A stretch of 64,000 bases of DNA from Patescibacteria group bacterium (GTDB taxonomy: Bacteria > Patescibacteriota > Microgenomatia > UBA8517). Location of the stretch: assembly GCA_041499035.1 (NCBI GenBank), contig JBGQJK010000003.1, positions 1,953 through 65,952 on the forward strand, read 5' to 3'. Numbering within the stretch: the first letter of the stretch is position 1; each line of letters begins with the position of its first letter. Below the pieces are notes generated by a model that did no database searches, was not told the origin of the DNA, and saw nothing but the letters and a program-made list of their open reading frames with translations. Of this stretch, positions 48,182 to 58,444 are shown piece by piece. Both the position numbers and the translations under genes were made by a program.

Positions 48182-48441
48182 GCAAGTTTAATAATAGTCA
48201 AAAAGGTAATATGCAGCTTCTTGTCCTAATAATTATTGTTTTTGCGGCATTGGTTGGGGTGTATCTGGTACAGCAAAGGACAAATTTTCTGCCCAAAGCC
48301 GGCTTTGATCAGAGTACGACTTACCAAAGTATCAATAGTTCCGGGGATCTCGATAAGGCGCTGAATGACGTTAATAGTGCTGATCTAAACCAGGTTGATC
48401 AGGGAATAAATCAAACCGGCTCCGACGCTTCAAGTTTGTAA
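48178..48441 (+). CDS. small protein with prepilin-like N-terminus
   Basis: QKG followed by a hydrophobic helix. Confidence 0.6.
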   Translation: MSKFNNSQKGNMQLLVLIIIVFAALVGVYLVQQRTNFLPKAGFDQSTTYQSINSSGDLDKALNDVNSADLNQVDQGINQTGSDASSL

Positions 48442-48467
48442 CTCACCCTCCGCTCAGCAAGTCCGTC

Positions 48468-49730
48468 TTATCTGGAAATGAAGGTTTGGTACAATAGTTT
48501 TTGGAATTTGAAGAATAGGGTCTCGTTTTTGCTTCTTAAGGTTACTGTCAGGGCTACTCCGTTCGGGTTATTAATTATTCCAACTGCGTAGTAGCCTTCT
48601 GCCATTACATTAGCCTTAACGCTTGTTCCGTCAAAGGGCAGGTAGAATTGGCCGTTTGAATCCGTGGTTACCGTGCCGTCCGTGCTGACAATTGTCGCTC
48701 CCTTGATACTTTGGCCTGCCTCGTTCATTACCACCCCTTTTAGAACATGCGGAATAAAGAAATTCCTGAGTACGCCAACCGCCTGCCTCGGACTGCCGTC
48801 ATCGTTCCAGAGCTCTGTAGAGCCGCCAAAACCAGTCCAGTAATTTATACCTAAAAGATTGTGATTATTAGAAAGAAGGGTCAGGGACGTTTTTATCCAG
48901 GCCGCCTGCTGGGCTTCGGTTAGGTTACCCTGAAGATCGGGAATCGGAGCTCCGAATTCTCCTAAAATTACCTTGCCTCCCGAACTCCCTGCCAAGTCGT
49001 TTACGCCTTGATTTAATTCTTGAGGCGTTGGAACGTAATGATCTATTACAACCAGGCCCCCGAGTGCTTCGGTTGTGTCCGGGTCCATTACTAACCTGGC
49101 TACGTCCGCGTTCATCGGGAAATAGTTTGTGGCCACATTTCTGCCGGTTTGAGCAAAAGTGTTCCTGGAAAGTTGATATTCGTCGATCAAGAATTGCCGG
49201 TGCCCCGCAACGTCCCCATTCTGCCTAGGGTCCCCTGGGCCTCCGTTTTCACACTCGGTACAAGCCGTAAAAATGTCGCCGTCTGCAAATAAGTTGCCGT
49301 TATCCAATATAAATTGCTTAAGCATTGTTTCGTGCTGGGCTCTTGTAATTTTAGGATAACCGAACCAGCCCTCCCAGCCTGAAAAGTTTCCCCTGAACCA
49401 GACATTAAGGCCGTATTTTCGGGCTGCTATCACCCATCTTTTTAAAAACGGCACGAATTCGCTATCGTATGGAGTTCCTATTGCAATGTAATTTGCGCCA
49501 CTATCGGCAATTGAGCTTACCTGAGAGTCAATGGTCTTATCAAAACCCGGATCATCCGCATATTGTCTGGCCGGATCCCTACTAAACTTAACAGTGTCGA
49601 CTGATTGCACTTGCCAAAAATGAGCCTGGCCGTTTTGGCTGGCGGCATTTTTGTGCCACAAAAGAAGTAGCCCTAAAATTGCCAAGAGAGCTAATATAAT
49701 TCCCATAAATCCGGACTTATTCTTACCCAT
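48468..49730 (-). CDS. secreted TIM-barrel glycoside hydrolase-like protein with C-terminal prealbumin-like domain
   Basis: ECE acid/base-like motif, ILGEFG nucleophile-like motif, G.NYW; G.V.N..G..I.GA.I...T...TD.NG.F. Confidence 0.7.
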   Translation of the reverse strand: MGKNKSGFMGIILALLAILGLLLLWHKNAASQNGQAHFWQVQSVDTVKFSRDPARQYADDPGFDKTIDSQVSSIADSGANYIAIGTPYDSEFVPFLKRWVIAARKYGLNVWFRGNFSGWEGWFGYPKITRAQHETMLKQFILDNGNLFADGDIFTACTECENGGPGDPRQNGDVAGHRQFLIDEYQLSRNTFAQTGRNVATNYFPMNADVARLVMDPDTTEALGGLVVIDHYVPTPQELNQGVNDLAGSSGGKVILGEFGAPIPDLQGNLTEAQQAAWIKTSLTLLSNNHNLLGINYWTGFGGSTELWNDDGSPRQAVGVLRNFFIPHVLKGVVMNEAGQSIKGATIVSTDGTVTTDSNGQFYLPFDGTSVKANVMAEGYYAVGIINNPNGVALTVTLRSKNETLFFKFQKLLYQTFISR

Positions 49731-49826
49731 CCCACTATTTTACATTAAATTCCATCTTGAGGCTAATTCCTTGTTTGAATTTTCACGAATCCGTGTTATT
49801 ATGGGCCAGACTTTTTTGATCTACCC

Positions 49827-52532
49827 ATGACAATAGTAAAACGATTTGCTTCAGTTTTAATAGCCACCCTTGTGCTTCTTGTTTTATGCCCCATAATGTC
49901 GCCGGCCAAAGCTATTGCAAACTGCCCCGGAGGCACGACGCTAGGTTTTGTGGCACATGAGGACGACGACATCCTTTTTTTAAGTCCGGACATACTCCAC
50001 GACATTCAAAACGGCAGGTGTGTTGTAACAGTTTTTGTGACAACTGGGGACGATAACCAGGGAACCACCTATTGGCAACAGAGAGAAGCGGGAGCAAAGG
50101 CAGCTTATGCCCAGATGAATGGGGTGGCCAGCGCCTGGACTCAGTTTGATGCCGGAATTCCGGGGCATCCTGCCCCCCTCACAACCTTAGTAGGAAAGCC
50201 GGCAATTTCTTTAATATTTATGAGGCTCCCTGACGGTAATGGGGACGGTTCCGGTTTTTCTAATGATAACTTTGAAAGCCTCCAAAAAATTTGGCAAGGA
50301 GCGATATCCTCTGTTCATGCAGTTGACGGAACTTCAACCTACTCTAAACAAGACATAACAAATACATTTGCCTATCTTATGAGTACTTACTCTCCAGACC
50401 AAATTCGTACACAAGACTATGTTCACGCTTATGGGGACGGTGATCATAGTGACCATCATACGGTTGGATATTTTGCCAACTTGGCAAATCAAAGCTACGG
50501 CCTGGGGCACACTTTTACAGGTTATCTTGATTACCAAACTTCTTCTCTCTCCGTAAACGTGGCCGGGGCCGACTTCTCTAATAAACAAAATGCGTTTTTT
50601 GCTTATGCTCCACATGATCCTTCAGTTTGTCAGACGCCATCTGCGTGTCAACAAAATGATTACGGGAAGTGGCTTGCGCGCCAATATGTTGCAGGAAGTA
50701 TAACAATAAGCGGGTCAACCCCAAATAATGTTGGGTTACAGGCAACGGTCACAGCTTCATCCGAAACGCCGGCTACGCTCCAGTATGCAACAAAAGCGGT
50801 TGACGGAGTTATCGACGGTTACCCCGGAGATTATACAAAGGAATGGGCCACCAATGGAGAGAAAGTTGGAGCCTGGTTAAATTTAACCTGGCCGGTTTCA
50901 CAAACTATAAATCAAATAGTTCTTTACGACAGACCCAACAGTGATGACCAAATTACAGGCGCAAATTTAATATTTAGTGACGGGTCTGTAATTTCTGCGG
51001 GAGGTTTGAATAATAACGGTTCTCCTGTAACTATAAACTTTGCGCCTAAAACTATTACAAGCGTACGCCTTAATATTACAAGTGTTAGCTCAACTACCAT
51101 TAACGTAGGACTTTCCGAAATTCAGGTTTTTCAACAAGGGTCTGGTGGTACATCAACCCCTACTCCGACTCCAACTCCAACAGTTACACCTACGGTAACT
51201 CCTACCCCTACGGCTACCGCCACACCCGGTTCCAATTCTTTTACTGGTCAGTATTTTTCCAATCAAAATTTAACCGGCAGCCCAACCCTTACCAGAAATG
51301 ATCTATCTGTAAACTTTGATTGGGGATCAAACGCTCCTGACCCTTCGCTCCCAAAGGATAATTTTTCAGTTCGCTGGACTGACAATCAAACTTTTCCGGC
51401 CGGAACTTACAATTTTTCCGTAACAGCAGATGACGGTGTCAGGCTTTTCCTTGATGGAAACGCGATCATCAATAAATGGATTGATCAGCCGGCGACAATT
51501 TATACAACAAATGTATCATTAACTTCAGGACAACACTCAATTGTTATGGAATATTACGACAACACACAGAACGCCGTTGCTAAACTCTCATGGTCATCGG
51601 TTAATGCCACACCAACACCCACTGCTTCACCAACCCCTACCCCGTCAGGTACGCCAGATGCCAATTCCTACACAGGTCAATATTTTTCTAATCAAAATCT
51701 TACAGGTTCCCCCACTCTTACAAGAAACGATTCAACGATAAATTTTAATTGGGGACTTGGCGCGCCAGACCCGTCTCTTCCAAATGATCATTTTTCTGTG
51801 CGTTGGACTAAGAGCCAAGCTTTTTCTGCGGGGCCTTATACATTTTCTGTGACGGCGGATGATGGGGTAAGGCTTAAAATTGACGGGAATACGGTAATTG
51901 ATAAATGGATCGACCAAGGATCAACAACATATACAACAAATCTTAACCTAACTGCTGGAACTCACACAATTGTTATGGAATTTTATGACAATACCGAGGA
52001 CGCAATTGCCAAATTTTCATGGCTTGCGGTTGGTTCTACACCAACTCCGACGCCAACGGGAACTCCCACTGCTTCACCAACCCCTACCCCGACACCGGGT
52101 CCTTCCCAAAATGGTCTCCAAGGACAATACTTTAATTCGACGGACTTGAGCGGGACCGCGGTTTTAACAAGAACTGATCCAAACGTAAATTTTGACTGGG
52201 GTATGGGTTCCCCCGGCCCGGGAGTAAATAGCGACAAATTCTCTGTTCGCTGGACAGGTTTTATAACACCCTCCTTTACGGAAAATTATACTTTTTGCTC
52301 CACGAGCGACGATGGAGAAAGAGTGTGGGTCAACAACCAGCAGGTTCTTAACTTCTGGGTAGATCAGGGGGCGACAGAACACTGCGGAAACATTAATCTT
52401 GCCGCAGGAGTTAAAGTTCCGATAAAGGTTGAGTTCTATGATAATACTGAAGAAGCGATAATGCAGTTGTCATGGCAGTCGGCCACACAGCCTAAACAAG
52501 TTATTCCGTCAGCCAGCCTATCTGTACAGTAA
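49827..52532 (+). CDS. secreted PIG-L/LmbE deacetylase + discoidin (F5/8-like) + three PA14 domains
   Basis: AHEDDD, T.GD, R..G..AA, LPDG, HSDH; AVDG...W; three FSVRW..SDDG.R/ADDGVRL PA14 repeats with PT linkers. Confidence 0.85.
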   Translation: MTIVKRFASVLIATLVLLVLCPIMSPAKAIANCPGGTTLGFVAHEDDDILFLSPDILHDIQNGRCVVTVFVTTGDDNQGTTYWQQREAGAKAAYAQMNGVASAWTQFDAGIPGHPAPLTTLVGKPAISLIFMRLPDGNGDGSGFSNDNFESLQKIWQGAISSVHAVDGTSTYSKQDITNTFAYLMSTYSPDQIRTQDYVHAYGDGDHSDHHTVGYFANLANQSYGLGHTFTGYLDYQTSSLSVNVAGADFSNKQNAFFAYAPHDPSVCQTPSACQQNDYGKWLARQYVAGSITISGSTPNNVGLQATVTASSETPATLQYATKAVDGVIDGYPGDYTKEWATNGEKVGAWLNLTWPVSQTINQIVLYDRPNSDDQITGANLIFSDGSVISAGGLNNNGSPVTINFAPKTITSVRLNITSVSSTTINVGLSEIQVFQQGSGGTSTPTPTPTPTVTPTVTPTPTATATPGSNSFTGQYFSNQNLTGSPTLTRNDLSVNFDWGSNAPDPSLPKDNFSVRWTDNQTFPAGTYNFSVTADDGVRLFLDGNAIINKWIDQPATIYTTNVSLTSGQHSIVMEYYDNTQNAVAKLSWSSVNATPTPTASPTPTPSGTPDANSYTGQYFSNQNLTGSPTLTRNDSTINFNWGLGAPDPSLPNDHFSVRWTKSQAFSAGPYTFSVTADDGVRLKIDGNTVIDKWIDQGSTTYTTNLNLTAGTHTIVMEFYDNTEDAIAKFSWLAVGSTPTPTPTGTPTASPTPTPTPGPSQNGLQGQYFNSTDLSGTAVLTRTDPNVNFDWGMGSPGPGVNSDKFSVRWTGFITPSFTENYTFCSTSDDGERVWVNNQQVLNFWVDQGATEHCGNINLAAGVKVPIKVEFYDNTEEAIMQLSWQSATQPKQVIPSASLSVQ

Positions 52533-52536
52533 TTTA

Positions 52537-53982
52537 TTACTTCGACAGGACAAATTTTTCAATTTGTATATTATAAAAGTTAGTACTTTTCGTAAAAATG
52601 TATTTAGCTCTTAAAGCCTGCTCGATATTTTCATGCTTTAGATGATTGGGTCCAACATCAACTAGGCCACTCAAAACCAACCATACATTCGGACAGGATA
52701 ACGTTTCAGTCTTTTTCAAATCGGGATCGGGTACATTTTCTCCAATCCCATTGCTAAGTGTATAGGTTGTACCGGATATGTTTACAGGTTTTGGAAATGC
52801 GGAGGTATTATAAAATTTAAATTTGTCCAGACCGAAGTACGTAAAAAAGATGGCACAGTCACCTTCCTTTGAATTAGTCGTTAAATAATTTGTTGTACTT
52901 GTCCAGTCGGGGTTGTTATTGCTAATTGTCATAGCGGGAAGATCAATTTTTGCATACCACAAGTACACCCTAGCAATACTAAAAAGGATAGAAAGCGAAA
53001 AGGTCGCAATGAACAACCATTTTGGACGGATCCTATAAATACACACGCTAACAACCGTAGTTAGATATGGCAAAAGCATAATAAAATACCTTGATTGATA
53101 TATAGATTTTATGAAAATTGAAAATAAAAAGATCAATGCAATCGGAAGTCCAAGAAGCATAAGTGTAAAAAGGTTTTTCCATTGAGTAATGCGCTTCCAT
53201 GGAAAAAAGACTAAAACGATCAAAAAATAAATCATAGCTAAGGGTGCAAAATCTCCTGAAAGGATGTAAAACGTTTCCACAAGGCTAATAATCGATGGTT
53301 TTGCTATCCAATTCACTTGGCTGCTATGAAATGACGGAGAAATAAACATCGGGATTATTGTCAAGCATGTCAAAAACATCCACATAACAATAGTTTTAAA
53401 ATATTTCTTCAATGGTAAGAAAAACAAGGATGCAAACTGAGCAGCGATAATCAAAAATGAGAAAATATGAGTATATATAGCTAGTGCACTAACTAGAAAA
53501 TATAAAAACTGCAACAGATAATTCTTATTATTTTCATTGAATACCAAGAGTATAAATAAATATGTGGAGATCGTGCATAGTAATAAACTTAAAGAGTAAC
53601 CCCTGGCATCTTGGGCATATAAGACGAAAAAGACATTCAGTAGAGTTAAAACCGAAGTAAGCATAGCGATCTTTTTGTCGAATAAACGATCTACTACTTT
53701 GTAAATAAAAGGGATAGCCGCCACCGCAAATACAGCGGACGGAAAACGGACAATAAATTCACCTTTACCAAAAGGAAGCCAAAAATGAAGCATAAAATAG
53801 TAAAACCACATATTGAATTCGTTGAACCATAACTTGCTTGCAAGTGATATAGAAGGTGATAGTTGGAGACTAAAAATCTCGTCAGTTGAAAAACTTTTAG
53901 AGCCCAGCATAAACAGACTTGTAAAGGCGGCTAATAAAACCAGCAGAATGAGAGCTCTATTCTGTTTGATAAATTCCCTCAT
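52537..53982 (-). CDS. GT-C fold membrane glycosyltransferase (ArnT/PMT-like)
   Basis: DE in first loop, R.PS, AR.Y, H, RY; many TMs. Confidence 0.82.
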   Translation of the reverse strand: MREFIKQNRALILLVLLAAFTSLFMLGSKSFSTDEIFSLQLSPSISLASKLWFNEFNMWFYYFMLHFWLPFGKGEFIVRFPSAVFAVAAIPFIYKVVDRLFDKKIAMLTSVLTLLNVFFVLYAQDARGYSLSLLLCTISTYLFILLVFNENNKNYLLQFLYFLVSALAIYTHIFSFLIIAAQFASLFFLPLKKYFKTIVMWMFLTCLTIIPMFISPSFHSSQVNWIAKPSIISLVETFYILSGDFAPLAMIYFLIVLVFFPWKRITQWKNLFTLMLLGLPIALIFLFSIFIKSIYQSRYFIMLLPYLTTVVSVCIYRIRPKWLFIATFSLSILFSIARVYLWYAKIDLPAMTISNNNPDWTSTTNYLTTNSKEGDCAIFFTYFGLDKFKFYNTSAFPKPVNISGTTYTLSNGIGENVPDPDLKKTETLSCPNVWLVLSGLVDVGPNHLKHENIEQALRAKYIFTKSTNFYNIQIEKFVLSK

Positions 53983-55721
53983 TTTTGTTTCCCAAGTACC
54001 GGAGTGTAATTGAGCTGGGTCAGGTACTGTGAGTCGATTTCATAGACGTCTGCAAAAGGATAACTTTCGACAAGATGGTATTTCTTAAAACCGCTGGATT
54101 TGCTCACACCTTTATATGATTGGTCATTGTTGTCGTAAGTTCTCATTACGATCCAGCGTGCCCATCTGTCCGGCTCAATTAGCGCGTCTTTCCAATATTC
54201 CCCTGTTCCTTCATGGATAAATCTGCTCATGGGGAGTCCCGAAGAAAATATAATTGCGTCATGACTGGCCGCAGAAATTAATATAAATCCGGGTTGATCT
54301 TTGGCTGCTCTATTCAAGTATCCCGAAATCTCGCTTACGTTTTTCTGCGAGCTGCCCACCCGTGCATCATCTATTGTAACTGCATCGCCGTTGGCAAAGG
54401 CAAAAAACATTACAAAAATATAGAGACCGACTAGAACCCAGCGAAGATCTTTGAGCTTCCCTATTATGTATCCTATGAATACCGCGAAAGCCGGCATCAT
54501 CATAATTCCATAGCGGATGTTAAACCAGGTGTTCCCCGAAATGCCCTGGACAAAAAGTACGGAAAAGCCCAAAACCAAGGCCAATATATTAAATGCGATA
54601 GGAGCAATTAGTGTTAAAGTAGATAACCGTACCGCTCCTTTTATTTTTTTGTCAAACCAAAGAAAGAAACCACCGAGGAATCCCAAGATTGCCACAAAGG
54701 CGATGCAGTTATAAAGAACCGAATAAAGATAAAGCTGTGTGGAGAGCACAACATTATTTTTTGTAGGCAAATTTCCGGCTTGCAAGAGCTGCAGTTGCTG
54801 GGCATGGGCCGAGTATGGTCCCAAAGCAAAATATAGAGGATCTTTAAAAATAGCAGCATTCCAGCCAAACCAGAGAACAATTCCGAGTGCACCCATGGTC
54901 AAAAATAGAATTGTAAGACCTTCCGCAACTTTATAACCCCTATCTTTCCAGTTAATTATTCCCACAATCGCCGCGGCAAAAACTAGGAGAAACCAGCCAT
55001 CATACCTTACAAGCGTCGAAAGCATTATCCAAAATGAAGATTTGACCAGGCTTAGTATTGTCCTGTCCTCGGCCCAACTTATAAGATAGTAGCAGCCGGC
55101 AGTCATGGTGGCCAGTAGTAGCGGTTCAGTCATAGCGGTAGACTGCAAATATAGAATATTTAAGTTGGCAACAAAGACAATTATGCCGATAATTCGGCCT
55201 AACATACCAACGTTCAACTTTTCCAATATTTTGTAAATAATAAGCCCCGTGGCAACAAAGCTGAGCATGTTCCAGATAGCTCCGGCAAATCCCGAATGCC
55301 AGGCCCAATCATTCCAAACTAAGGGAATCATTAGGATGTGGTTAAGAGGCAACCAAACGCTCCCAAGCTGTGCCAGGCCCGGCTTAAGGCCTTCAACTAC
55401 CCTGCGACCAATGTCCAGGTGGCTCCTGGCGTCGTTATAGCTAAGGCCTAGCCCGTTTTTAAGATAGAAAACAAAGAAGTAAACAGAGATTAAGGAGAGA
55501 ACTAACGTAATTATCGTAACGATATGCCTTTCAAAAAGAGCCAGAACTCCGCCAATTTTCGTTTTATCAATATCGAATGATATTTTAGTCATTTTAAGCT
55601 TCAGCGGTTTGGAATGAGTTCTGACGCTTTCCCGGATCTTTTCAAGGCGATAACTGACACCCTCAAGCATGGGTGCGGATTTTTTCAAAATTGGTGTTGT
55701 TTTTGATTTATTTTTCTTCAT
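53979..55721 (-). CDS. GT-C fold (GT39/PMT-like) membrane glycosyltransferase
   Basis: DARSHL...RR, WLPL.H, MTEP, RYDGW, RY; many TMs. Confidence 0.78.
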   Translation of the reverse strand: MKKNKSKTTPILKKSAPMLEGVSYRLEKIRESVRTHSKPLKLKMTKISFDIDKTKIGGVLALFERHIVTIITLVLSLISVYFFVFYLKNGLGLSYNDARSHLDIGRRVVEGLKPGLAQLGSVWLPLNHILMIPLVWNDWAWHSGFAGAIWNMLSFVATGLIIYKILEKLNVGMLGRIIGIIVFVANLNILYLQSTAMTEPLLLATMTAGCYYLISWAEDRTILSLVKSSFWIMLSTLVRYDGWFLLVFAAAIVGIINWKDRGYKVAEGLTILFLTMGALGIVLWFGWNAAIFKDPLYFALGPYSAHAQQLQLLQAGNLPTKNNVVLSTQLYLYSVLYNCIAFVAILGFLGGFFLWFDKKIKGAVRLSTLTLIAPIAFNILALVLGFSVLFVQGISGNTWFNIRYGIMMMPAFAVFIGYIIGKLKDLRWVLVGLYIFVMFFAFANGDAVTIDDARVGSSQKNVSEISGYLNRAAKDQPGFILISAASHDAIIFSSGLPMSRFIHEGTGEYWKDALIEPDRWARWIVMRTYDNNDQSYKGVSKSSGFKKYHLVESYPFADVYEIDSQYLTQLNYTPVLGKQK

Positions 55722-57258
55722 TTTTGTTTAATAATACGGCCACTAAAAGGCTTGTTGAGACTAAGGCAATAGCGCCTGCAATTATGTAAAAGTATTCCTT
55801 AGCGCCTAAATATTTTTTTAGCCAGGTCTGGTAAACAAAAGATTTTGACCCGTTCTTTCCCAGAAAGTCCCAAGACCTGTCGTAGGAAAAGCGCTCCTGC
55901 TTACCGGATATCGCCTCAAGTGGCAAGGCTTCGGTTTGCGGCGGGCTTGCGCTCGAGGTTAAGGCCCCAAGAGTGTTCACTCCAACCGAATAAATTAGCA
56001 GAACCCAAAAAGGTACGATAAAAAGTATATTTCTCTTGAACTTGGACAAAGCGACCGCTATGAAGATGGAAAGAATAGAGTAGGCAGGGATCATGTAACG
56101 CGAACCGAATGCCCAGCCGCCCCAAGGGTCGTCCCAGAGCGAGTAGAGCAAGATATCTATGGCCAAAATGGTTACCAAAAGAGGTAGGTATTTATTTTTT
56201 CTTTTGTAAAGGATAACGATCCCTATAATTCCCAATAAAACTACCGGAGTAAAGTAAATAATCCCTCTATCGGGGCTTAAGAAGTGTATATAAAGTCCGT
56301 TCAGCAAATTTCTGCTGTTAAAGGCACCTATAATGCCAACGCTGACAGTATCGGGTGTACTTTGAAGTGACTGGATATCAGTTGCTTTTTGCCGTAGAAC
56401 GGGTTTTCCATTCGCATCCATATCCCTTATGGACGTAATAGCCGAGGTTCCTAGGGTATGAAGGGCACCGCCATAAGAAAGTGTATTAAACCAGAAAAAG
56501 AAGAGCATAGGTAGGATTACCCCGACAGAGCCGAGAAGTTTAACGGTGCGCAGCGTTATGGAAATCTTCTTTTTCGTTAAAACGAACTGTACGGCTCGGA
56601 GGCCCGCGACAAGTGCCAGCGGAAACATCATAAAGAAATTTGGATAGTCAAGAGAAACCCCTAGTGCAAATAAGAAAAATATCAAAAACTGGGACCAGAG
56701 ACTTTCTGACTTTATAAGCAAATAAATGGAAAGTAAGACTATAAAAGTTGTAACGTGGTGCTGGTACAGGTCTACGGCGTAGGCAAAAGCTGGGGTTGCG
56801 AAAAGGAATACAAGTCCCCCCAGGAGCGCGGCATACTTTCCTGCACCTAATTTTCCGGAAATTTTATAAATCAAGTATGAATTGATAAGGGCGAACAGGG
56901 AGATGACTAAAAATGTTCCCACCTGAGAAGCATCGAACAGCCTTCCTACGAAGTATCCGGGAATAACAATAAAAGATAATGCGGGGGCAAAAAGCGAAAC
57001 ATAATACCTTCCATTAAACCCGAGGTCGGGTAATATGAACCTGGCAATGTCGGCAGAAAAGTATACCGATCCGTGTTCAACCAAAGAGTAAGTCAGGGCA
57101 AAACGGCCTCTTTCCGGTGAAAGTTCAAACGGACCGTCCTCCCTCCATTTTGTGGTTAATAAGTTTACAGTTGTCGGGTTTCCGGGCAAGCCGCGGACAC
57201 TCAAAAAGAGAACGATGGCGCTAATGAGTATTAGAATTATTGACAAATATTTTTTCAT
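55708..57258 (-). CDS. GT-C-like polytopic membrane protein
   Basis: Many TMs, S.DRG...FTP, WGGWAFGSRY..P. Confidence 0.7.
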   Translation of the reverse strand: MKKYLSIILILISAIVLFLSVRGLPGNPTTVNLLTTKWREDGPFELSPERGRFALTYSLVEHGSVYFSADIARFILPDLGFNGRYYVSLFAPALSFIVIPGYFVGRLFDASQVGTFLVISLFALINSYLIYKISGKLGAGKYAALLGGLVFLFATPAFAYAVDLYQHHVTTFIVLLSIYLLIKSESLWSQFLIFFLFALGVSLDYPNFFMMFPLALVAGLRAVQFVLTKKKISITLRTVKLLGSVGVILPMLFFFWFNTLSYGGALHTLGTSAITSIRDMDANGKPVLRQKATDIQSLQSTPDTVSVGIIGAFNSRNLLNGLYIHFLSPDRGIIYFTPVVLLGIIGIVILYKRKNKYLPLLVTILAIDILLYSLWDDPWGGWAFGSRYMIPAYSILSIFIAVALSKFKRNILFIVPFWVLLIYSVGVNTLGALTSSASPPQTEALPLEAISGKQERFSYDRSWDFLGKNGSKSFVYQTWLKKYLGAKEYFYIIAGAIALVSTSLLVAVLLNKNEEK

Positions 57259-57259
57259 A

Positions 57260-58444
57260 TTATTTGAATGTTTCTTTTAAAACTTCAATGTTTTTTTCAA
57301 AATCATACTTAGAGTTTATTAGATCATAATTATTTTTACTAAATTCTTTATAGATTTGTGGATTCTTTAATAGTTTATATATCGCTTGAGCCATATGGTC
57401 CGGGCTCTTTTCTTTAACTACAAAACCACCTAAGCCATTTTTTAACAATTCTACTGACGAATCATTTTTGGCAATTACCATAGGGAGTGCTGCGCTCATG
57501 GCTTCAAAATACATTCCGGGCATGGTGTCTAAAATTGAACCGGATACAAAGATATCGGCTTTTTTATAGAATTTATGAATAAGAGTTCTTGGAACAAACC
57601 CAATGAAAGAAATATATTTTAAGAGATTAAGTTCTTGACTAAGTTCTTTAACCTTTTTTTCCATCGGTCCGTCGCCTACAATAGTCAATTTTATGTTATT
57701 TACCTTATATTTTTTCAAAAGTATAGCTACCGCTTCAATTAAATCTGTTACTCTTTTACGTTCCAGAAGATACCCGACAGTTAAAAGATCGAATGACTTA
57801 CCGATTTTTGATTTTGGCTTGGATGAAAAACCATTCTTTATAACACCTAAAGTTATTGTCTTAACATGACCAATTCCCTTTTGTCTAATTGTGTTTTCGC
57901 CGGCCGAATCAATCGTGATTATTTGATTTGACATATTGAGAGTAAGTGTTGACAGTGGTTTAAAAATCTTATATAGAAGGCCATAAATTAACGCATCAAT
58001 CTTTTCGAAAAACGTCCGTCTCCTGCCTTTAATATTTTTATTATTAAAAAACCGCATATCGAATGGTGAATAAACAGGTCCGATTACAAATCTGATCTTT
58101 TTTCTATTCCATATTGCCAGAGGGCTAAACGTAGAGTCAATAGCAAACGGACCCTGATGCCAAATACAATTATATTTATTCGATTTCATTAATTCCAATG
58201 ATTTTATAAAGACTAGAAAAATGAATTGAATCCGTTTGAAATTACTGATATGGCTTGGTTTCTCATCAAATAAATTGTGAATTTTGAAGTTTCCTATTTG
58301 TTTGATACCCGAATACCCTACCAGAACATCACCCGAAAAAGTTTTGTCTTTTGCTATTTGTTTTAGATATTCAAAAGAACGTGTATGTTCGCTTCCTGAA
58401 TTCTCGTTTATATAGTAATGTAGCGGTGCAATAAGTAGTTTCAT
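57260..58444 (-). CDS. GT4 glycosyltransferase
   Basis: VG.L..RK, IVGDGP, EAM...LP. Confidence 0.88.
   Translation of the reverse strand: MKLLIAPLHYYINENSGSEHTRSFEYLKQIAKDKTFSGDVLVGYSGIKQIGNFKIHNLFDEKPSHISNFKRIQFIFLVFIKSLELMKSNKYNCIWHQGPFAIDSTFSPLAIWNRKKIRFVIGPVYSPFDMRFFNNKNIKGRRRTFFEKIDALIYGLLYKIFKPLSTLTLNMSNQIITIDSAGENTIRQKGIGHVKTITLGVIKNGFSSKPKSKIGKSFDLLTVGYLLERKRVTDLIEAVAILLKKYKVNNIKLTIVGDGPMEKKVKELSQELNLLKYISFIGFVPRTLIHKFYKKADIFVSGSILDTMPGMYFEAMSAALPMVIAKNDSSVELLKNGLGGFVVKEKSPDHMAQAIYKLLKNPQIYKEFSKNNYDLINSKYDFEKNIEVLKETFK

Noticed and set aside
51150-52100. CRISPR array or DNA repeat element
   Set aside because: Repeats are coding Pro-Thr linkers and duplicated PA14 domains; no constant repeat-spacer pattern anywhere in the window
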